A stretch of 64,000 bases of DNA, from contig CBDCOX010000002.1 of the NCBI GenBank assembly GCA_965219995.1, positions 1,984,001 to 2,048,000 of the forward strand, in the 5' to 3' direction. The position numbers and the translations under genes are program-made. Source of the DNA: Candidatus Latescibacterota bacterium (GTDB lineage: Bacteria; Latescibacterota; UBA2968; GCA-2709665). The notes below the pieces were generated by a model. The model did not search any database. It saw only the letters and a program-made list of their open reading frames with translations, and was not told the DNA's origin. Below, piece after piece: positions 1-9,716 of this stretch. The first letter of the stretch is position 1. Each line of letters starts with the position of its first letter.

Positions 1-480
1 TACGCGCCCCGGAATGGACAGGCTGCCTCCGGCGAAGCCCAGTTCGTCCAGAACGCGAAACGTGGCGTCACTCGCCGAAAAGTAGCCCGCCCTGAAGTAT
101 CGAGGCCGGCCGCCCAGCGCGGATTCCCATGCCAGCATCGCTTCGCTGATTATTCCCGACTGTTCCGCGGCCGTGTACGCCCCGAGGTCATGTTTGTATT
201 TCCCGCCCTTGAGCTTGTACGGATGCAAATGCAACCCCAGACACGCGCCGCGCTCCCGCAGGTCGAGAAGCAGGTCCGCATTTCCGGACGCGACTTCCGG
301 ATGCGTGAAGAGCGTTACCGGAAAGTCGTACGAGGCCGCCGTTTCGACATAGGCACGGATCGACCGTTCGCTTTCCCGATAGTCTGAAGGACCGCTGCCC
401 GACATCCGGATTGCGCAGGGCGTCAGGTCTGACCTGGCGGTCTCGCAGTCCATCGTCAGCAGCACGTAGACCGTCCTCAA
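1..480 (-). CDS. Polysaccharide deacetylase-like (CE4/NodB superfamily) protein, truncated by the window edge
   Basis: Hand translation from TTG at 480: MRTVYVLLTMDCE...FPVTLFTHP...LGLHLHP...YFRAGYF. Open to position 1, GAGG upstream. Not in the ORF track. Confidence 0.7.
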   Translation of the reverse strand, partial: MRTVYVLLTMDCETARSDLTPCAIRMSGSGPSDYRESERSIRAYVETAASYDFPVTLFTHPEVASGNADLLLDLRERGACLGLHLHPYKLKGGKYKHDLGAYTAAEQSGIISEAMLAWESALGGRPRYFRAGYFSASDATFRVLDELGFAGGSLSIPGRV

Positions 481-543
481 TTCACGCCTCTGCGAGACGG
501 GACACAAACGTCAGCCCTCTTGCGAAATCGAGCCGGTTTCGCG

Positions 544-1413
544 TTATCCGCGCCAATCCGTGTCGATGCTCGTATAGCCATGGGTATATTTCTTCAAGTG
601 CTCCGGCAGATTCTGCAGAAACCATCGACCCGACTGCGGAATCTCCCACGGAACGTCGATTCGGTGCCCGCGGTCTCTGAACCCGATGGCACACGACAGT
701 CTCGTCTCCCCTGTCCGATTGGGAAACGCGCCATGGTACGTCCGGTGTGCGAAAACGATCATATCGCCACCATGCGTAAACAACGGCACAAGCCCTGGAA
801 TGTCAAACCCGGCGTAGGGTCGCTCTTCCCCGCCTTGGGGGTAAAACGACCGCCTGTCCGCCGTCATGCTGAACCCCTCCGGCCCTTCCCAACCGTCCAC
901 GTGGGAGTCTTCGATGACACACAATCCGCCATGTACCGGGCGGGATCCCGTCAGGTAGAACCACTTGCCCGACGGCCAGAGACCACGGTTCAAAACATCG
1001 CCGGAATTCCTGATTTCCGTTGAAAACCCGCCCCAGTCCGTATGCCACGTCACAGGTTGAGACCCCGGCTTCCTGATGATTGCGGCCGACCGGTGTACTG
1101 TCAACTCGTCGGTACCGATCAGATGGCGATGAATGGCCAGGAACGGTTCGTATTCAAGGAGCGACCAGGCTCCGGGCCCGGATTCGATCCACGCGTGGCG
1201 TGTACGGCTCTCACCCGGGCCTAGATTGCCCTCGGGATCGGTGCCGTCATACACGGCCTGTTTCAGCCGCTCAACCCTGTCATGAGGCAGCACGTCCTTG
1301 ATGACCGCGAACCCGTGCGCCTCCAGGCATTCGCTCATCGCGTCCAGATCCTCAATGCCGAATTCGTACTGATATTCAATGTCGGGCTTCTGCACGTGTG
1401 AATAGTCTTCCAT
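544..1413 (-). CDS. Phytanoyl-CoA dioxygenase (PhyH) family Fe(II)/2OG oxygenase
   Basis: GFAVIKDVL N-terminal motif, WHTD (HxD), GDMIVF...YHGAFPN...RL. Start moved to ATG 1413. Confidence 0.85.
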   Translation of the reverse strand: MEDYSHVQKPDIEYQYEFGIEDLDAMSECLEAHGFAVIKDVLPHDRVERLKQAVYDGTDPEGNLGPGESRTRHAWIESGPGAWSLLEYEPFLAIHRHLIGTDELTVHRSAAIIRKPGSQPVTWHTDWGGFSTEIRNSGDVLNRGLWPSGKWFYLTGSRPVHGGLCVIEDSHVDGWEGPEGFSMTADRRSFYPQGGEERPYAGFDIPGLVPLFTHGGDMIVFAHRTYHGAFPNRTGETRLSCAIGFRDRGHRIDVPWEIPQSGRWFLQNLPEHLKKYTHGYTSIDTDWRG

Positions 1414-1464
1414 CGCACTCTCGCTTTGGTTCAACCGCGTTGTGTGACTGGAAATGGCAGCCTC

Positions 1465-2274
1465 TCAATCCCCAATGGCCGTGCGCATCGTTGGATCCGA
1501 CGAACTCAGGTAGTGGTCCAACGTATTCCGGGTTGCCGGCCGGGTACGAAAATCGGCAATCCACGGTTCTCGGAAATAGGCTTGTTTCTCCCGCGGCAGA
1601 CCGTTCAGTACTTCGGGAGGCACGTTCAGCCGGTGCCAGTGCGTTGCCAGGTGCGAATAGGCGTGCAACACGGCAATACGCGGCGTATCACGGGTCCACT
1701 CGGGGCCGACGTGGCAGACGTTCTCAGTGAAAAACACGGCGCTTCCAGCGGGGCAGGCATATCCCATCAGGAACGGGCTCCGCTTTCCCGGCTCCATGGA
1801 AAGGTGATCGGGATGCATTTCGAAATTCGCCTTATGGCTGCCGACGATGAAATGCGTGCCTCCATCTTCCGGCTCCACTTCCGTCAACTCGAAGACCACG
1901 CGCACCATCCCCGCGTGAATCCGCCCGTTCTGACACCGGTATCCGAATATGGGATCGATCTGGCTCGGACCGCCTCCGTGAAGCCCCCCGCCGTGAGACT
2001 CCCCCTTTTTTCTGATTACGCAGTAGCACCCTTCCATCCGGATCTCGGGCCCGATAATTTCGTGCAATACCTCCACGACTTTCGGATGATCGATCAGAAC
2101 ACTGGACGGCCCCCCGGGAACGGTACGGTGCTCGGGCGGCAGCGAGTCCGGATTGTGGACGATGCGATCGATCTGCTCGACGATGGATACAATCTCACCC
2201 TGATTCAGAATGGCGGGACGCACCAGAAAACCCGTCAGATCGAACCGAAACCTCTCTTCATCGGTCATGGCCAT
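1465..2274 (-). CDS. PhyH family Fe(II)/2OG enzyme with HxG motif
   Basis: RFRFDLTGFLV, LHGGG, DGGTHFIVGSHK, AGSAVFFTE..CH...W...R. GGAGG RBS before ATG 2274. Confidence 0.85.
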   Translation of the reverse strand: MAMTDEERFRFDLTGFLVRPAILNQGEIVSIVEQIDRIVHNPDSLPPEHRTVPGGPSSVLIDHPKVVEVLHEIIGPEIRMEGCYCVIRKKGESHGGGLHGGGPSQIDPIFGYRCQNGRIHAGMVRVVFELTEVEPEDGGTHFIVGSHKANFEMHPDHLSMEPGKRSPFLMGYACPAGSAVFFTENVCHVGPEWTRDTPRIAVLHAYSHLATHWHRLNVPPEVLNGLPREKQAYFREPWIADFRTRPATRNTLDHYLSSSDPTMRTAIGD

Positions 2275-2467
2275 CTCGATTCCTCCAAAGCAGAGTTCGC
2301 TATTGACAGAAACTACCGCAATATATCCAAACGCCCTTCGCTTGCAAACTCCCTTCAAGGGGTCCCGGCCCGGGACCGAAAACAGCTTTCAACAGGGCAC
2401 CAGGATATTATCTTGTCTGCGTTCTGCACAACCGCAAAGGATGTTGGAAAGCAAGGGAGACGAACGG

Positions 2468-4984
2468 ATGGGCGACGACAGACGTCAATGGGTACACCCG
2501 GCCGGATTCGTGGACGTGGCGACCCTGGAAGAGATCGGACCGAAGATCCGGACCCACGACTGGGCAAAGACAGCGCTGGATGAACTGAGGGAGAGTGTCC
2601 AACCCTGGCTGGCGCAGCCGCTCGAACGCATCGAGTCGCTGATGCCGAAACGGAAGATGCAGGTGTACTGGCTGCTGATGTGCCCGCGATGTCGCGAGAG
2701 AATGAGGTTTTATCCGTTCAACGACCGTGAAGTCACATGCCTGAATTGCGACGAAACCTATCCGCTGAGCCAGCAATCGACGGCGGTACATCTGACCGGC
2801 AAGTATTACGGCACGCTGTACGAAGGCTGGGGTTGCTCCTTCATCCAGGCCATGGCAAACACGGCACAGCAACTTGCATTCCTGTACGCTCTGGGCGCGG
2901 AACGCAGGTACGCGGAAAAGAGCGCCGGGATCCTGAGACTATTCGCGAAACATATCCAATCCCTGCCCGTTCAGGGAAGCGGTACCCAGCATGTCATCTG
3001 GACCTATAACATGGAAGGCGACTGCGTCATCGTGCTCGCGTTGGCGGAAGCCTACGAACTTCTGAGATCGTCGCCCGGCCTGTTCACCACACAGGAACAC
3101 CGTCAGATCCGGGAAGACCTGCTCCAACACTGGGCAGACGCTGTCTTCCGCGTTGAGGAGGACAGCAGCCCGCGCCACAACGGGATGTTCGCCTATCTGA
3201 GTTCCGTGGCGATGGTTGGCTGCGCGATCGAAAACACGGATTACGTCGACTGGGCGTTCGGTCACCGAAAATACGCCTCTGAGCGGCGCCCTCACCACCG
3301 CGGTATCCGCTGGCTCACCCGGAACAACTATCTGGCAGACGGGGCGTTCTGGGGTCTGTGCAGCGCCTACCACCTGTATGCCCTGGGTCCGAACTGCCGC
3401 GCATTGGTACTCGGCCACAGGCTCTCACGCCAGATGCCGGACCTGTTCCCGCCCGAAGTCTACGACGAATTACACCCCGCCAACAGCAGCTACCGATCCG
3501 TGCGCCGAGCCATCAAATGGTTCACCGCCCAGGCGTTTCCTGACCTGACCGTTGCGCCGACGGGAGACATGGGAGGGCGCGCGAGTCTTGCCAGTTATCC
3601 GCTCACGGCCGAAATCGGATACCGCTACCTGGACATAGGCGAAACAGGTTCGTACCGCGAACTGCGGGAAGGCGACAGAGGACTGACCGGACTCCTGTTC
3701 GGCGCGGACACGATTGAGAAGCAACCCGTGCCCTATCGGAGCGCCAACCTTTCCAGCGGGTACGTGGCATTGAAGCGGGAGGCAGGCGGCAACCGTCTGT
3801 TTGCCGGTCTGAACGCGCTCCGGCCCGGGTCCGGTCACGCGCACGGGGATCGACTGAATCTCATCACCTACTCGCATGACCGGATGCTGACCGGCGAGAA
3901 ACGCACGCGCTACGAAGACCCGGATCAGCGCATCTACAGCGGGGCGTCGTACGCGCACAACACGGTAACCGTCGACGAAACGTCGCAGGTTCACGGCGAC
4001 GCGCTAACGGGAGAACAGGTCCCGCACATCCGTACCTTCGTCGACCTTCCCGCGGGCCAGGTGGCCGAGGCCCACGGTGACCGGGTGTACGGACAGACGG
4101 ATATCTACCGCCGCATACTGATCCAGTTCGACGCATACCTGCTGGATATCTTCCGGGTGGAGGGCGGAGCGACACACGACTGGTTCTATCACGGCATCGG
4201 AGAAGAACCGGAGATCGGTCTGTCGATGAAGGAAGGAAGCGGATTCGAACCGGCCCTCTACGTCATGAGGGGCGAACCGCAATATATGGAAGGTCTGACG
4301 GAGGAGTCGTTCGCGGCAATCTGGCGCGTGCCGGCCGACCCTGAAACGGGCAACGGCGCTGCCGGAGTCGACGTATTCAACCGGGTGACGGTGTCCGGCT
4401 CGCCGGGACAGGCTGCCTACATGCTGAACACCTTTCCGGACCCGGGACGGCACAGTCTGATGGTCCGCCACCGGGAGACTGCCGCGCCCTTTGTGGCCGT
4501 CCACGAGGCCTACGTTGAGAGACCCGTGGCCACGAACGTTCGGATGCTGCCGGGTAACGCGGCGGCGGTGGTCCACGTCGAACACGCCGACGGCGGAAGC
4601 AGGCAGGCGATTTACGAGACCGGCTCGGGTCCCGAAGGTCTGAGCCTGTCGGGACGTTTCGCCTCGATTTCCCGGGAGGCCTCCGGGCGTGTTACGAGCG
4701 TCATCCTGGTGCATGCGACGGATTTCCGCTCCGGCGGAATCCGAATACGGTCGCGGACACCCGTCACGCTCTCGGCCGCCTTCAAGGACGAATCGATCCT
4801 GCTGGTATCCAGTCCGGCCGTGGCCTATGAAACGCTGGAGGGCCGGCCTGTGTACGACACCGGCCGCGACGCGGACGTCTGGTTCGAACTCCCGCCGGAG
4901 GGGGCGCTGGCAGGAAGAACAATCAAAGCCCGGTTGCCGGCACAGACCGCGAGCGGACCGGTCTGCATTGAGGTGTCGAGATAA
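2468..4984 (+). CDS. Heparinase II/III-like (alginate/oligosaccharide lyase fold) protein
   Basis: Helical N-terminal half with HN motif, GHAHGDRLNL and AHNTVTVD motifs, LLDIFRV..G...HDW.YH. Start at ATG 2468. Confidence 0.75.
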   Translation: MGDDRRQWVHPAGFVDVATLEEIGPKIRTHDWAKTALDELRESVQPWLAQPLERIESLMPKRKMQVYWLLMCPRCRERMRFYPFNDREVTCLNCDETYPLSQQSTAVHLTGKYYGTLYEGWGCSFIQAMANTAQQLAFLYALGAERRYAEKSAGILRLFAKHIQSLPVQGSGTQHVIWTYNMEGDCVIVLALAEAYELLRSSPGLFTTQEHRQIREDLLQHWADAVFRVEEDSSPRHNGMFAYLSSVAMVGCAIENTDYVDWAFGHRKYASERRPHHRGIRWLTRNNYLADGAFWGLCSAYHLYALGPNCRALVLGHRLSRQMPDLFPPEVYDELHPANSSYRSVRRAIKWFTAQAFPDLTVAPTGDMGGRASLASYPLTAEIGYRYLDIGETGSYRELREGDRGLTGLLFGADTIEKQPVPYRSANLSSGYVALKREAGGNRLFAGLNALRPGSGHAHGDRLNLITYSHDRMLTGEKRTRYEDPDQRIYSGASYAHNTVTVDETSQVHGDALTGEQVPHIRTFVDLPAGQVAEAHGDRVYGQTDIYRRILIQFDAYLLDIFRVEGGATHDWFYHGIGEEPEIGLSMKEGSGFEPALYVMRGEPQYMEGLTEESFAAIWRVPADPETGNGAAGVDVFNRVTVSGSPGQAAYMLNTFPDPGRHSLMVRHRETAAPFVAVHEAYVERPVATNVRMLPGNAAAVVHVEHADGGSRQAIYETGSGPEGLSLSGRFASISREASGRVTSVILVHATDFRSGGIRIRSRTPVTLSAAFKDESILLVSSPAVAYETLEGRPVYDTGRDADVWFELPPEGALAGRTIKARLPAQTASGPVCIEVSR

Positions 4985-5056
4985 CGCCGGTCCGGCAGGC
5001 TTATTCTCCTCGTCACGCACCCGATCGGGCGATACCCCCCGCTTCGCCCGACGCGT

Positions 5057-6025
5057 TCACTTCCGACTGCCGCTGGCGTCCTGGATTTTCGGACTGCCCG
5101 GCCCCACCGTATTTCGAACCGCGAAACAGTCTTCGCGTGACAGGCACTTCCCGGCGGCGCCGACGGCCTCGGCGACCTGGTCGAGCGTCTTGATTCCGCA
5201 GACAGCCACGTGAATCGCCGGATGCATCAGCGTGGCGGACAACGCCAATTGGTAGATGGTGAGGTTGTTGCGCTCCGCGATCGGTTTCAGGCTTTGCACC
5301 TTCGCGCACAGTTCCCTGAACCGGTCTCCCCGGAAATCGGGATGATTCATCCTGAAATCGTCAAACGTCTCGTCTCCGGAGTACTTTCCGCTGAGCAGTC
5401 CCTTGTGCATGGGTGAATAGATCATCACCCCGATATTCTCCGATTGGCACCAGGGCAGCAGGTCGTTCTCCCCGGCAGGTTCAATCAGGCTGTACGGAGG
5501 CTGTACAACGTCGTACGCGCCGAAGCGGCGCTGGGCTCGACACTGCTCGACGGAATGGTTGCTCACCCCGTATGACCGGATTTTTCCCTGATCGCGAAGT
5601 CTATCCAGAGTCCCCGCGATATCGGCGAGCGGCGTCATCGGATCGTACATGTGAAGCAGATAGAGGTCGATTGTCTCGATTCCCATCCGTCCAAGCGATA
5701 CGTCGCAGCGCGCCATGATGTGTTCGGGTGAAAGATCCGGATACCGGGAACCGTCCGGGTTGAAGTGGTTGAACACTTTGGTCGCCAGCACGAGTTCGTC
5801 CCTCGGCAGATCCCTCACGACCTCGCCCAGCACGGTCTCGGCATACCCATCGCCGTAGGCCTCCGCCGTATCGAAAAAGTTGATTCCGCGATCGAACGCG
5901 AACTTCATCGCGGCCATCGCGTCGTCCTTCGACTGCGGCCCCCAGAACCGGGGACTGAGCTGCCACGTGCCGACGGCGATCGGGGATACCGAAAGGCCGC
6001 TCTCGCCAAGCACGATACGGTCCAT
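5057..6025 (-). CDS. Aldo/keto reductase
   Basis: GINFFDTAEAYG, LATK, IDLYLLH, GKIRSYGVSN, YSPMHKGLLSGK. GGAGG RBS before ATG 6025. Confidence 0.92.
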   Translation of the reverse strand: MDRIVLGESGLSVSPIAVGTWQLSPRFWGPQSKDDAMAAMKFAFDRGINFFDTAEAYGDGYAETVLGEVVRDLPRDELVLATKVFNHFNPDGSRYPDLSPEHIMARCDVSLGRMGIETIDLYLLHMYDPMTPLADIAGTLDRLRDQGKIRSYGVSNHSVEQCRAQRRFGAYDVVQPPYSLIEPAGENDLLPWCQSENIGVMIYSPMHKGLLSGKYSGDETFDDFRMNHPDFRGDRFRELCAKVQSLKPIAERNNLTIYQLALSATLMHPAIHVAVCGIKTLDQVAEAVGAAGKCLSREDCFAVRNTVGPGSPKIQDASGSRK

Positions 6026-6096
6026 TGTCGTTCCTCCCATCATCGACCGATGTACTGATTCTCTCTCGTCGAACCCGTACAGCGCGGGCACCATCG

Positions 6097-7173
6097 CTAA
6101 TCGGCTGCGCGCACGCCTGCTTCGTCCATCGTACCGAGGCCCAGCCCCCTCAGGTCGGCAACCGTGTCCGTTTCCTCCGCCTCGTACAGTTTCCAGATCA
6201 CCTTGAGCCCTTCAAGGCTGGATACAGGGTCGGTCAACGGCTTCCGGCCGGTCTCGATACAATCAATAAAGTGCGCCATTTCCACTTCCGTCGGTTTGGC
6301 GTGTTTTTCTTCCATCAACACGATCTCGCGCTGACCGGGGTCGTGCTCGCCGGGTACGTGTTTCTCGACATCGCCCAGGTACACGACCCGTCCCGTGCGC
6401 AGATGCAGTTCCACCATGCCCTTCTCGCAGTGCGCGTGAAAGGAATATCCGAGCCGGGTGCCGCGGGCCCCCCAGGTGCCGAAGTGATATCCAAGGATGC
6501 CGCCCTCGAACTCGATGCTGACGTTACTGGTTCCCTCTCTCTCCATCCACGGCGTACCTCGATTGGTGCCCAGGTGCACGCCCTTGACCGGCCTGCCAAG
6601 CATCCACAACATCAGATCGATATAGTGGCAGCCATGGCTGAAGAATTGCCCGCCTCCAAGGGTTCCTGCCGTGCAGTGCCAGCTCTCGGGCTCGCGCTGG
6701 GTATGCTGCTCGGTCCAGATCGATAACTGGAAGACCTCGCCGAACGTCTTGCTGTCCACCACTTCCTTGAACTTCAGCACAAGGGGATGAAACCGCATGC
6801 AGTAGGCTACCATCAGGACGCGATCGTTCCTCTGCGCGGCCTCGATCATCTCCAGGCATGCCCGTTCACTGTTGGCCATCGGCTTTTCCACGAGCACGTG
6901 CTTGCCAGCATCCAGGCACCGGACCGTTACGGGATGGTGGAGATGATGGGGCAGCACGACGAGTACGGCATCGACGTGATCCAGTACCTCCTCATAGTCG
7001 GCGGCAACCACGGGGTCATTGGGAAAGTGTTCGGCCACCGCCCGTGCCCGTTCGAGGTCGACGTCGACCACCGCCGAAATCTCCACCCTGTGAAGTACCT
7101 CGCTCATCCGGCTGGCGTGGGACCGGGCCATACCGCCACATCCGATGATTCCAACCCGTGTTCTCCGTGTCAT
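6097..7173 (-). CDS. Gfo/Idh/MocA family oxidoreductase
   Basis: GIIGCGGMA Rossmann motif, GKHVLVEKPM, GGG..SHGCHYID. Confidence 0.92.
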   Translation of the reverse strand: MTRRTRVGIIGCGGMARSHASRMSEVLHRVEISAVVDVDLERARAVAEHFPNDPVVAADYEEVLDHVDAVLVVLPHHLHHPVTVRCLDAGKHVLVEKPMANSERACLEMIEAAQRNDRVLMVAYCMRFHPLVLKFKEVVDSKTFGEVFQLSIWTEQHTQREPESWHCTAGTLGGGQFFSHGCHYIDLMLWMLGRPVKGVHLGTNRGTPWMEREGTSNVSIEFEGGILGYHFGTWGARGTRLGYSFHAHCEKGMVELHLRTGRVVYLGDVEKHVPGEHDPGQREIVLMEEKHAKPTEVEMAHFIDCIETGRKPLTDPVSSLEGLKVIWKLYEAEETDTVADLRGLGLGTMDEAGVRAAD

Positions 7174-7204
7174 TTCCCTTTCCTCCGTTTCACCTCGATC
7201 AGAT

Positions 7205-8242
7205 TCAATTCCCTTCTCCGTCCTCCCATTCGAAGATCACCTTACCCGTCTCCCCCCTATCGAAGACTGCAAAGGCTTCACTCGCCTGTTCAATTTGAAA
7301 GCGATGCGTCACGATTTCATCCAGAGGCACCCTGTGGTCCTGCAGAAAGGCGACGGCATCGTAATAGGCCCCCATCGAATACACGGAATTGCCCCTGAGC
7401 GTCAGTTCCTTTCTAAGGATGTCCGTAAATTCGATCTCGAGAGACGCGGCGCCGGCGCCCACGTACACCACCGTCCCGTGCAGCCCCGCAACCGCCGCAG
7501 CCTGTGTCCGCGCAACGCCACTTCCCGAGCACTCCACAACGCCGGCCGCTCCGCGTCCGCCTGTCATCGCCTCAATCGTTTCAAGCGGGTCGTTCTCCTT
7601 CGCGTTAATGACAACCCCGCCTCCGACGCGGTGTGCGAGATCAACCCTGAAGGGGCTGATATCCACGCCGAACGTCCTGTATCCCATCGCCTCACCCATT
7701 AAAAGCGTCGTCAGTCCCACCGGACCCAGTCCAAACACCACCAGCGGATCGCCATGACGTTTCGAGACCTTGTTCACGGCGGAAAACGCCGTCCCCGCGG
7801 TACACGCCAGTTGCGTCCCGACTGCAAATGAGACGTTGGCCGGCAGCGGCATGCAGTACCGTGCGTCGGTGAGCATGTAATCCGCGTGGGATCCGTCACG
7901 AGTCCTGCCGAACGCGCCCTGGTTCGAACAGAATACCGGCGTTCCCGACACACAGACCGCACAATGACCGCACCCGACCGTGTGATAGACACAGACCCTG
8001 TCGCCTTCGGACACGTTCTCCACGTCCTTGCCGACGTCGGCCACAACCCCTGCCGGTTCGTGTCCGGAAATCATTCCGTTCCGTTCCCTTGCCCACTCCC
8101 GGCTGCTATGGTATTTGTGCAGATCGCTCCCGCACAGCCCCGCGACCCTCATTTCGATGACCACCTGTCCGGGCCCCGGATCCGGGCGATCGAAATCCCT
8201 GACCTCCACCTCGCTGTCGCCGAGGTAGACAACGCCCCTCAT
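7205..8242 (-). CDS. Zinc-dependent alcohol/sugar dehydrogenase (MDR family)
   Basis: GLCGSDLH, GHEPAG, CGHCAVC...C structural Zn site, GLGPVG. Start ATG 8242. Confidence 0.92.
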   Translation of the reverse strand: MRGVVYLGDSEVEVRDFDRPDPGPGQVVIEMRVAGLCGSDLHKYHSSREWARERNGMISGHEPAGVVADVGKDVENVSEGDRVCVYHTVGCGHCAVCVSGTPVFCSNQGAFGRTRDGSHADYMLTDARYCMPLPANVSFAVGTQLACTAGTAFSAVNKVSKRHGDPLVVFGLGPVGLTTLLMGEAMGYRTFGVDISPFRVDLAHRVGGGVVINAKENDPLETIEAMTGGRGAAGVVECSGSGVARTQAAAVAGLHGTVVYVGAGAASLEIEFTDILRKELTLRGNSVYSMGAYYDAVAFLQDHRVPLDEIVTHRFQIEQASEAFAVFDRGETGKVIFEWEDGEGN

Positions 8243-8427
8243 ACCCTCATCTCCCAGGAATTGAATTCCCCGGTTTGATTGGCTATCTTTGTACCCTGTT
8301 GACGGGAGCGGGTCCGCCCCGAATCTGCAAGGCCATGATACTGCGAACCAGGATGCCACGCAAGGAGACATTGCGAGGGAAAACCGATCGGGCGGCCGAA
8401 CCCGTCCTGTCTCGACCTGAATACACC

Positions 8428-9591
8428 ATGCGACCCATCCCTCTTGCCTCTACCCTTTCCAACGTCGCGCCATCGCGCATACGGGAACTGGCCGACGTCG
8501 CTTTCGGCATGGAAGGCGTCTACAAGCTGCATTTCGGCGAATCCGACATGCCCACGCCCCTATATATCAAGGACGCGGCGGTCCGGGCGCTGGACGAAGG
8601 ATATACTTACTACACCGAAAACGCCGGCCTACCCGGCCTCCGGGAGGCCCTGGCCGCGAAATATGCCGACGTTCACGGTGCAACCCTCGCCCCGGGCGAA
8701 ATCCTCATTACCGCTTCGGGCGTCCAGGCCCTCAACGTATCGATCCGCTGCGTGATCGATCCCGGTGACGAAGCCATCGTTCTCACGCCGAACTGGCCCA
8801 ATGCGGCGGCCATTGTCAACCTCTTCGGCGGCAACTCGGTTGAGATTCCGCTTGTCAGAGCGAGGGATCGCTACAGGATCGACTTCAACGCCCTGGAATC
8901 CGCACGAAACGGGAAGACAAAGCTGCTCGCATACACGTCGCCTTCCAACCCGCTGGGCTGGGTCGCCTCGACGGACGAACAGCGGAAGCTTCTGGACTTC
9001 TGCCGCCGCCATAACCTCTGGCTCCTTGCCGACGAAGTCTACGAGCACATCTGCTACAACAGATCGGTCGCGCCTTCCATTCTGCGGCTGTGCGACCGAA
9101 ACGACGCCGTAATCGTCGTGCAGTCCTTCTCCAAGACGTATCGCATGACCGGGTGGCGCCTGGGCTGGGTGGCATCGCGCCGGGACCTGGTTGACAAGGC
9201 TGCTCAGCTCAATGAATTCATCGTATCGCACGCCCCGGCGATGGTTCAGAGAGCCGGTGAGATTGCACTTCGCCATGGCGATTCCAGTATCCGCACGATG
9301 GTCGAAGCCTATCGCGAGAGGCTCTCCTACTGTTTCGATGCCCTGAATTCGACAAACGGCGTGTCGATCAGCCGTCCGGAAGGGGCTTTCTATCTCTTTC
9401 CACGCATTGAAGGCGTCAGTGATTCGTACGCGTTCGCACTCGAACTGCTCGATCGGCAAAGCGTTTCGGTTGCCCCGGGCGTCGCTTTCGGCGCAGGCGG
9501 CGAAGGCTCGGTACGGCTTTGCTGTGCGTCCGACCCCTCGGTACTGGAACCCGCCATGGAACGCTTCTGTCAATTTGTCGAACAACGATGA
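8428..9591 (+). CDS. PLP-dependent aminotransferase class I/II (aspartate aminotransferase-like)
   Basis: SPSNPLG, LLADEVY, SFSKTYRMTGWRLG, GAFYLF, VAPG..FG..GEG.VR. Confidence 0.92.
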   Translation: MRPIPLASTLSNVAPSRIRELADVAFGMEGVYKLHFGESDMPTPLYIKDAAVRALDEGYTYYTENAGLPGLREALAAKYADVHGATLAPGEILITASGVQALNVSIRCVIDPGDEAIVLTPNWPNAAAIVNLFGGNSVEIPLVRARDRYRIDFNALESARNGKTKLLAYTSPSNPLGWVASTDEQRKLLDFCRRHNLWLLADEVYEHICYNRSVAPSILRLCDRNDAVIVVQSFSKTYRMTGWRLGWVASRRDLVDKAAQLNEFIVSHAPAMVQRAGEIALRHGDSSIRTMVEAYRERLSYCFDALNSTNGVSISRPEGAFYLFPRIEGVSDSYAFALELLDRQSVSVAPGVAFGAGGEGSVRLCCASDPSVLEPAMERFCQFVEQR

Positions 9592-9716
9592 CAAAACGAT
9601 ACGCTGACAGCGGGCGTCAAGGGTTGTTGAAGGATGTTGCGACAGAGAATCAAACGCCGAACGGGAGACCCGCCGGGTGGTAACGCAGTGAAATATGTAT
9701 AGAACAGGAGAATCTC

